Below, piece by piece: positions 53,720 to 64,000 of a stretch of DNA of 64,000 nt (positions are counted from its first letter, which is position 1; the number at the start of each line of letters is the position of its first letter). The stretch is from Octopus vulgaris (taxonomy: Eukaryota). Under the pieces are notes generated by a model. The model did not search any database. It was not told the DNA's origin and worked only from the letters and a program-made list of their open reading frames with translations. Both the position numbers and the translations under genes were made by a program. The stretch covers positions 20,522,001 through 20,586,000 of the forward strand of contig OX597817.1 in the NCBI GenBank assembly GCA_951406725.2, in the 5' to 3' direction.

Positions 53720-55200
53720 AATCATCCCCAACAAACACATACAGATGTACAAACACACATACACATGCAAAAGAAAACGCCCACACAAACACACACATAC
53801 ATTTACACACACGCACAATGACAATATCAAGACGCTCGAGCACACACCAACACATATTTCAAGAAAAAACACATATATACACAGGGAATGTAATTCTATG
53901 AATCACAACCAATAGTGACAAACACATACACATACGTAAATACGTACATGCACACACCTACACACACTACCCTGACTGTTACAAGACACACTTACACAAA
54001 AACACACACATATACACAGTTATACACACAAACACGGAAAAACAATACAACACCCATACACATACGTACACACACGCGCATGTATAAACACATACGTACA
54101 CACACACAAACGCAATATGCCCGTTCCCCAGTAAAAAATTGCACACACACGTAAAGAAGAAACACATATATACACGCAATAAAATCCCAACAATCACAAC
54201 AAACACTTACAGACACACATATACACACATACATACACACACAGAAGCACACACACACCACTACCCTGACAAATACAAGACATAGAGACACACCCACGCA
54301 AACACAGCCAGACGCATAAATACACATTGCACGATACAATACAAATAAAGCGCTCACAATAATATACACAAACATGCATGCACCACACAGAAAAATAACA
54401 TACGAACATGCACTCAAAGTACACATACACACTTCGCCACAACAAATATAGTACACACACATATGCGTACACACACCCGAAAACTACATAAACCACATCC
54501 ACATATATGTACAAACGTATACTCAGTACAAAAATATATAGTACGTGCACGCGCACACTAACCATCCGGATAAACGTAACACACGTGGACACACACATAC
54601 ACACCTACAAACACATAGATATGCACTTTCAAACAAACATACGGATGCACACACAGACACCAACCGGACAATTATAATACTACAAACATACACAGACAGA
54701 GACACACACGCATACTCACGTACACGCACATACATACACAACACAACACAACACACACAAACATACACACGCACACAGACACACACTTAAACACACTTAC
54801 ACACACACGAACAAACATATACACACAGACACATGCATATGCGTACACACAGCACGTTGCAAATACAAATCACACAAACGTGCACACATATACACGCACC
54901 ACCCTGCTAAATAAAAAAACACGCGTACACAGACACATACACCCCCACACTGAACTATAAGACCAGTAAAAAAAACCACGCAAACAAAGAAAAGCATATA
55001 TATATATATATATATACACGCGCAAACACATAGAAACCTGCACAGAGCCACCCACACTCAGACCATCCTGAACTCTAAGACCTGTCCCTAAAACCACTGA
55101 ACCGAGACAGACTAGCCCAAAAGCAAAAAAATCCTTTTGATTCCACAATTCACTCCCCTACCAACCAACCTACTACACTATTTCTAAAATAGCAAACATC
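53720..55200 (+). repeat. ~1.5-kb degenerate AC-rich tract with internal ~300-bp direct repeats
   Basis: Strong A/C strand bias; ccactaccctgac..acaagaca-like anchor recurs near 53965 and 54258. Confidence 0.85.
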
Positions 55201-55726
55201 TCTTAGATACACATTACAAGACAGGAGATGAAGGGAGGAAAGGTTGCTCATTCCCCTAATATTCTGTATAAACACTTAAATATGATCCTTTCTGTATATA
55301 TGGTTGTATATAATCTTGATTTTTGATGAAATTAAAATATTAATTTATTTTACTACATATTTTGAACACTTTCATGTAAACTGTTTAAACAAAAAGCCCC
55401 TCTTAATATTTTCATATCATTGCCAAAGATTCTATCTTTAACATTTTCTTATTATTATCAAAGATTGTATAATGGTAATTTAATACAATTAAGATAACCT
55501 TTTTTTAACACAACAAATCTTATACAAAGCATTACATTTTACTTTTGATAATCTCTTTTAAAAGCCAATAAACATATTTAAAATACCTCTGCATTTTCAA
55601 ATCCTCTTTCCTATATATATCAATGAATTGTGACCATTGCAATCAGCTCCATGTAATCGATCAATGAAAATATTACATCAGTTTGAAAGAAACTGTTCTC
55701 CTCTGACGCAGATGACCATATAGATT

Positions 55727-56729
55727 TTCCACTTAAAGAATAAAGCAGTTTTAGCATTTATAGCAATTTTTTAATAAGTACTAAAAAACAATCTAATTAA
55801 ATTGTTTCCTTTTGTTATATTTGTATCAGATTGAATTCAGACAATAATGCTTATCTATTTTAGCCTACTACAATTTTTAGAGTAGCAGAGGAAAATAGTG
55901 GAGGTCAAGATATAGAAGTGGTGGGATATTTTTATTCGTAAGATTTTATGCACCATATAATCTACAATGATTTAGAATTAAATCCATTGAGGTTTGTCAG
56001 CTATGTCCCCGTTGATGGCGATAAACTAATTAATGTCAAACAACCTCCCAGGCACTTTTTTTTACTGGAACCATATATCTAGCTTTATCTACATAAAAAT
56101 ATGTATCTCAGAGCTGCTAGCGAGAGAATGAGTGATGGGGAAGTGGTGAAAGCTAGAAAATGGAAGGATGGTGAGGGCTAGTCTTTATTTAGATTATCAA
56201 ATAAAATCGAATAATCTGTTTTTATGTATATCCTCCTTTTATTTGATAATATAAATATAGACTAGCCATCTCCATCCTTCATACTTCTAGTTATCACCTC
56301 TCCTCCATCAGTCATGCTCTTACTAGCAGTTTGGAAACATATTATTTTATGTAGATAATGCTAGATATATGGTCCCAGTAAAATACGTGTTTGGGAGGTT
56401 GTCTGACATAAATTGAATTATCACCATCAATTGGGACATGGCTGACAACTGCTAATAGATAAAAATTCTTAATGATTGTAGAAAATATGCTGCAAAAAAT
56501 CTTATAAAGTAAAATAAAAACAAATAACTATCCCACCACTCCTATATCTTGACGTCAACATTTTCCCTCTGATTCTCTCTAAATTACAGTAGGCTTAAAT
56601 AGATATGTACTCTTCAATGAATTCATTATGCCAAAAATATAACATGAAGAAACATTGTAATTATCTTGATTTCTGGTACTGCTATGAAATTGCTATAAAT
56701 GCTAAAGAAGCTTTATCCGTTACGTTGGA
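55727..56729. repeat. ~1-kb imperfect foldback: ~480-bp arms, 30-bp spacer
   Basis: e.g. gtcaagatatagaagtggtgggata vs tatcccaccactcctatatcttgac; tttactggaaccatatatctagc vs gctagatatatggtcccagtaaa; ttatcaaataaaa vs ttttatttgataa. Confidence 0.93.
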
Positions 56730-57514
56730 TACTTATCATTACTGAAATAATTGTGGAAATTAATTCCGCAGTTAAACGGTTATTATGTTTCGGGTTTTAT
56801 TTTATAACCGAGGAAAAAATGCGATAGTAACCAGGTGTCAAGTTCCACTTGCAACGTTCTATTAAATATGTTTGATACCAAAATACTTTAGTACCAGATG
56901 AAGAATTTCGTGTGAGGCTCGAAGCCATATCAATAGATGTGCGAGTCAAATATATACAAATTTATAAACAAATCTCACAGATTCCTCTAACAGCCACGAA
57001 AACGAGTGGAACTGAACTTCCAACGCAGACATGAAATTTTTAAAAAACAGCAACAATATCATTTTCAGGTTCAAAGAAGTACTATATAGTAGGCAACCAT
57101 TTATCATCAACTCCTACTATGAGTCAAATCCGACTCTCATCATTGTGAGAACAGCCAAATATCCGGAAATGTGCAGGTATTAGCCGTGGACCTGACGCTT
57201 AGAGAAGCAATATTTTTAATCCTGAAACACAAATGTGTAGCTCAAGGTGAATTTGAACAGATTCAAAGTTAATTAAAAATGCATACACACCCACCCATAT
57301 ACACTCACGCAAACACATAAACATATAAATATATATGTATGTAAGTATGTATTATGTATGTACGTATCTACACATTTAAGTACGTATGTATTCTTGAGCT
57401 GAGGTTATCTACATGCGATTTCAAGAATAATAATGTAGATTTGACACCTCTCTGGCAACTTCCTCCGTTAAGCACCCGATATTAGAAGAAAGTAGTAACC
57501 ACATTCCCATGCAC

Positions 57515-57614
<100 letters not shown>

Positions 57615-57758
57615 GTGTGTGTATATATGTGTATATATATATATATATGTGTGTGTGTATATGTATATATATATACATATATATATGAATATATGTATAT
57701 ATGTATATATATGTGTGTGTATTTTTGTGTGCGTTTGGTGTGTGGGTGTTTATCTATA

Positions 57759-58921
57759 TTAGGGTGGAGCGAAAAAGATACTTTTTACAAAGATTTTCGA
57801 AATATGTTTTTCAAGAATATATTTTTATTACGAAATTCTTTAAAACAACTGTTAATATCTGAAACTCTTAAACGTAAATCATCAAGCTTCGCAGTCGACT
57901 TGAAAATTTGAATCATGAAACAAAAATCCATTTATAAACACGTTTGCCATTTCTTATTTTATTTTTTACATTCATTTTTACGAATCAATTCCTATTACAA
58001 AACACTTCAGAAACAAAAGTGTTAAAATCTTAAGCTCTAAAATTTATATCTTCAAGCTCCGCAAGGCACTTGAAATTTCGAAATTATGTGAAATAGACTT
58101 TTCGACTTTGCGTTCCTTTTTTTATTTTCAATAATATGTCACCGAATTTATGTGAAAAATAAGGTCTAGATAACATACACATTAAAATAAAATTACATTG
58201 AAGCCAATTGATGATTCTTGGTACATTTTTGTGAGAAAAATAATTAATATTTCCAATTAATTTGTAATGATTCCATATTACTAAATAATACGAATCGTTT
58301 TAGTGCAATTCCTTTCGTTCCAGTAATAAAGCCAATTAATTTTTTTGGTAGCCATGAATTAGAAGAAGGGTAATGAAACAGTAAAAGATTTGTTGTTTTG
58401 GAAATTTCTAATACAAAATAATGCTAATTGTAGGCTATGTTCAATATAGCGAAAACAGAGCCATTCTAATTGATTTTATTTTCAAGTCCATTTAGTTTGG
58501 AACGCCGGGAGTTTTTCTCTTGATTCGATTCGACTGCGCATGAAACCGTCTTGACTGTTCTTACCACAAATATTAGATGATGTTTCTGTCACGAATTTTA
58601 CACATCTCTCCACAGCTAAGGTAATTTTTTCGGTTGCTTTAAATGCCGCTGTTGAATGAAGGTATCGAATTCTTCATCGAAAAATACATGTGTTAGAGGT
58701 GGTTGAGTAACAATAGCGTCATACCAGTTAATTACGTCTATGCAGTTTGGGGTCGCAAAGTTTACGGTAGTAGTTTTTACACTTCTCAGTTGCGTTGCGG
58801 AGCCTGAACAGAATACTCAACCACAAAAGTCTTTAAACAGCTTTCTGTTATCTCTAACTCGCAACACAATATCGATTTCTCGTTACCAATTTCGAAAGTT
58901 GCAGTTTTCAATCCACCCTAA
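57759..58921 (-). mobile_element. hAT-superfamily (hATm-like) deleted DNA transposon with a transposase C-terminal remnant
   Basis: TIRs ttagggtggagcgaaaa / ttttcaatccaccctaa; flanks tatctata / tatctatc (7/8 TSD); minus-strand AVERCVKFVTETSSNICGKNSQDGFMRSRIESREKLPAFQTK. Confidence 0.8.
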
Positions 58922-59006
58922 TATCTATCTATATGTCTGTCTATCTATCGGTCTATCTGTCTGTCTGTCTGTCTGAATCTCTCTCTCTCTCTCTCCCTCT
59001 CTCTCC

Positions 59007-59044
<38 letters not shown>

Positions 59045-59460
59045 TAATCAATATAAGGGTAGCAAAAAATTCAATAGAAATGTTTTGCCACCAGCGGTCT
59101 AGTGAGAAAGATAAAATAGTCACAGACTATGTATATAATTTCAAGAACATTGAGGAACGGCCCCGATAGGCCATTCGACCCACTAGAAAGAGCAGCCAAG
59201 AGTCAAACAGCTAAATAGTAGTAATTCAGAAATTAAAGGAAAATCAAAAAAACATTTACCCTATTTATCATTAGACAATGCATTGTTTCGACGTTCTTTA
59301 TGGCAAACCAGCCTAATTAAATTAAATTAAATTTAATCAAATCAATCTACCATGGGTAAAGAAGCCAGGAGGAATAGATATACACGAGGCTGCAGCATTT
59401 CTGCCTCGGGAATATATACCCTAAATTTTCAAAACCACCGTAATCGCGCCAATATATATA

Positions 59461-59518
<58 letters not shown>

Positions 59519-59684
59519 ACGTATATAGCTGTGTGTGTATGTTTGTTTACATATACATATATACACACACATCTAAACATGGATCTAAATATTTATCTAT
59601 GTTTATACTTGTATTGAAGTACAAGCACGAAAACTTGTGAGATATATATATAATTTGTTAATATTACGTACGCTAAAACGCCAA

Positions 59685-60120
59685 CCAGCTAGCAGAATCG
59701 TTAGCACACCTGGCAAAATGCTCCCAGGCTTCTCGTCTGTATTCACGTTATGTCCAATTCCGACGATGTCCAATTTTCCTGTTTAGTCTTTCGGCATCAG
59801 TAAAATATGCACTATTTGAGCACTGAGGGTAAGTGTAATGCAAATAAACAAATTGTCCAGGAATTTTTGGCCATGTACTAGAATTTGGAATCAAATTTAA
59901 TTTTGCTACTAATACAATAAGCTGTCAGAAGCGTAAACACGATGGGGAAAATGCCTAGCAGCATTTCGTACATATTTACGTCCTGAGTTCAAATTCCCTC
60001 ATGGCCTTTCATCTTTCAGGGTCAAGGAAATAGGTACCAGTTTAACAGTGGTTGTAGATGTACTGGGCGTACCCTACGCCCGGAAATTTCTGCTCTTGTT
60101 TCAAAATTCGAAATCAATAC
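59685..60120 (+). mobile_element. Two tandem degenerate SINE family B copies
   Basis: gctagcagaatcgttagcacacctggcaaaatgc and ctgagttcaaattccctcatggcctttcatctttcagggtc. Confidence 0.7.
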
Positions 60121-60893
60121 ATTTTATAGTTCGTTCCATTGAGAAACGTTTGAACCAAACACCTAGTGTATACCTAAGGAAAGAATATATATTGTCTGGA
60201 TAGCAAGTTGAAAACTCATATTTCTGTGTAGTAATTTAAAAAAGTTTTGTGTCCATATATCTATATGACTGTATATTTGTGCATGTGTATACGTAAATCT
60301 GTCTAAACATATATGCTTGAATGTGTGCATGTCACGATTGATTCTGTTTGTGTGAATAACAGCTTTTCATTGATAACTGAAAAACTCATATCTTTACTGC
60401 TTCTCCATACATACTTATGTGACGTCGAAGGCAACAACAGTTGTCATTTTATAGTTTTGCATCAATAGAGGAATCTACTCCACTTCTGTCAGGCTATTGC
60501 AATATAATATTTTTTAAACGTTGAATTAAATTTCTTTTTCATGTAGCGCTTATGCTATAGCTAACCTAATATACAATTTTTTTTGTTATTTTGTTAATAT
60601 TGTTCTTGTAACATGAAAAGGAAACGTCTAGGAAGCGGGGAACACTTTTCTAGTTTATATAAAATTAAATTACATATCAGTGTATATCTTGTACATATTC
60701 TTGCCTATAAAATAAGATCTTCTGATAAAGAAAGCTGCAACATTAAATATGCTATATTATTAGTTGAAGGAATACATTGGCTAAATATTTATGTACACAA
60801 ATATATATATACGTATATGAGTATATAAAAATATACAACAACACGCACATACACACATATATAAATATATACATATATGTATGTGTATATACA

Positions 60894-61008
<115 letters not shown>

Positions 61009-61117
61009 AAAGAGAACTAGGTAGATTAGACACTTAGATAAGAGAGATAGGCGTTGGTGTAGCTATATAGATGCGAAACTATATATCCATACATAAATAC
61101 ATAGGTATATATATGTG

Positions 61118-61175
<58 letters not shown>

Positions 61176-61694
61176 ATATAAATATATATATATAAATAAA
61201 TAAATATATATATATATACATAAATTCCACAGACATGCACACGTACTTAAATGTGTATGTCAATTTTTTGTGTTTAGGCGTTGTTTTTAATTTGTGAAGT
61301 ATAAATCCTGACACACTGTACATGATAAGTATTTATGACCAGTCATTTAATTTTATTAAGCGTTGAATCGATGAAAATGCACAGACATGTTAGACATAAA
61401 GAGAAAAATGTAGAATTTATTTCATGCATGGTGCTCCAATTTAATACCATTCCTACGTGGTCATTATATCCCATGCATGAAAAGAAGTATTTGTTCGCTT
61501 CAAGCTGTGCATTCTGAATTTATTGGGATAAACTTGATGAAGCAGAGTCGGCGATAAATGTTTCTCAAAGACTTTCACTATTATCCTACCCTCGTTATTG
61601 GTTTGTCTCTGTTGTTATATGTATCTTTTTCTAATTCTAATTATTTTTTTTAGTTTTATACTTGCATAGATACATTCGTATGTATGTATGTATG

Positions 61695-62111
61695 CTCTTA
61701 CTCTTTTTACTATTTTACTTGTTTCAGTCATTTGACTGTGGCCATGCTGGAGCACCGCCTTCAGTTGAGCATATCGACCCCGGGACTTATTCTTTGTAAG
61801 ACCAGTACTTATTTATATCGGTCTCGTTTGCCGAACCGCTAAGTGATGGTGACGTAAACACACCAGCATCGGTTGTCAAGCAATGCTAGGGGGACAAACA
61901 CAGACACGCAAACATACACACAAATACATATATATATATACATATATACGACAGGCTTCTTTCAGTTTCCGTCTACCAAATCCACTTACAAGGCATTGGT
62001 CGGCCCGAGGCTATAGCAGAATACACTTGCCCAAGATGCCACGCACTGGGACTGAACCCGGAACCATGTGGTTGGTAAGCAAGCTACTTACCACACAGCC
62101 ACTTCTGCGCC
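61695..62111 (-). mobile_element. SINE family A, full length
   Basis: Reverse complement of 51640-52040 at high identity. Confidence 0.95.
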
Positions 62112-62764
62112 TATGTATGTATATGTATATATATATATATATATACAAATACACAGATATACATGCTTACATATATGTATGTATACCTATAATAATATAT
62201 GTTTGTTTGTGCGTGTGCGTGTGTGTGTGTCCGCGTGCGCGCGCTTGTGTGCATAAAATAGAAGGTGCGCATGTATGGACATTGGTTCCGAAACATCTAA
62301 GACATACTCCCAGATTGCAACTAGAATCCATTCGTGAGTATGAAGTGATATACGAATACTTATCAATTACAATTATTACTTGTAGAAATGCGAGCAAGAC
62401 AAATAATATTCTGGTGAATATAAATCTCTAAAATTACAGGACAATTTGTTACACTTGAAAACTTTCAGGACAATTTATTACATTTGGTAAAGTACAGAAC
62501 AAGAAAATTCTTATTTATTATAATATTGCAAGGATAAAGTTTCAAATACGATATTTAGATTCAGAAAATATTAGCTTTTATTAAAACAAAACAGTTTGTT
62601 ACAAGTTATTACTTATTACTTCTATGGGAAATATTAAAAAAAATAACTCATTAAAAAATTTTGCATTTTAAAAATGTTTATTTTAACTTATTAACTAATA
62701 AGCAGATATTTGAAAATAGGTTATAAAGAATAATAGTAAGTCACAATTATATGTATATATGAAT

Positions 62765-62879
<115 letters not shown>

Positions 62880-63585
62880 TATGTGTACAAACACAGAGCA
62901 AGACACATTTATACATATGTAGTTGTGTATATGCAAATAGTTGTGGTGTCTCATTTTGCGCTGTTGTACTCTGTCAGGTGTCTTGTCAAAATTATTTTCC
63001 GACAATACGCGACATGGGTAATGTCGTTTATTGCCTTATTTCCACTAAACACCCATCCAAATGTTACAAAGGCTTTTTACCTCAATGAATTGCGAAATTA
63101 TCTCTTCCTATGTATTACACGAATATTTTCTCTCTACCTCGAACATGAAGCCTCTTCAAAATATTATCATCGCTTTCTATTTTCAATGTCAACAAAATTC
63201 TACTAGTATCCCTCAATCCTCGTGCCCCTTTTACCAATCCTCACAGATGTTGTTCTAAGTACCTCTCTCCCTTTCCCCATGTCATCTTCTCCAGAACCTT
63301 GTAAGATTCATATAAAATCAGCGAACGCATTACAAAGCGGTCCTTGATTCATTCCATCACTGTCAAACCTCCCAACACTTGCTGGTTTGGAACATGAATG
63401 TTAAACAGTGATGACGACGACATCGACTATACTTATATATATGTGTGTATTTGCTCGTGTGTATGTGTGTCTGTGTGTGCATGTGCGTGTGTGAGCATAT
63501 ATATGTATGTATGTGTGTGTATAATATCAATAATATATATATATATATAAATGCATGCATACATAAATACATACACACACACACG

Positions 63586-63623
<38 letters not shown>

Positions 63624-64000
63624 GAAATATAACTCAGTAAGAATTCCTACTCATTAATACTAAATCAATCATTGAAGATTTGCGTCCACAGATTAGCTTC
63701 ATATAATACTTATAAACTTAATCCGACGATTTATCATGTGTTAGTGTACCTGAACAGCTTCAGCTACCGATTTAACGACTGCAGTAAATACGTCGATTAA
63801 TCCCAAACATTACCTTGTTAATTGTAACATCCATATTATCAATTTAAACACAGTTTTCCACGTGAGCACTCATACATTAAGGATTAAGCGTGCATTTAAT
63901 TTAAGAAGGACAACTAGCTAACTCTTGTACATCAAGGTATTATATCAGTAATTTGAAAAGTGAATATCAAATTCTAATTTTATTCTAGATATTGAATAAG

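Overview
AT-rich, microsatellite-saturated eukaryotic DNA. The repeat repertoire suggests an octopod cephalopod (inference). I find no convincing host protein-coding exon; most ORF-track entries are translations of (TA)n/(CA)n arrays. The window is a layered set of decayed transposons: several mariner/Tc1 lineages (one with intact TIRs and TA TSDs at 4310-5566), a hATm-like element with TIRs and an 8-bp TSD, Helitrons (two complete non-autonomous copies plus Rep/helicase fragments), LINE remnants (CR1/L2-like, R4/Dong-like, RNase H-bearing I-group), a Penelope-like GIY-YIG fragment, and at least three SINE families. The most notable signal is a set of hammerhead-ribozyme (HHR) motifs. One is canonical (18838-18928). 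Several variant or decayed ones sit in or beside inverted repeats, including a near-perfect 217-bp palindrome (6051-6267) built from two divergent HHR-like motifs. This is consistent with Penelope-derived, ribozyme-bearing non-autonomous elements inserting into TA arrays. All alignments and folds were done by eye.
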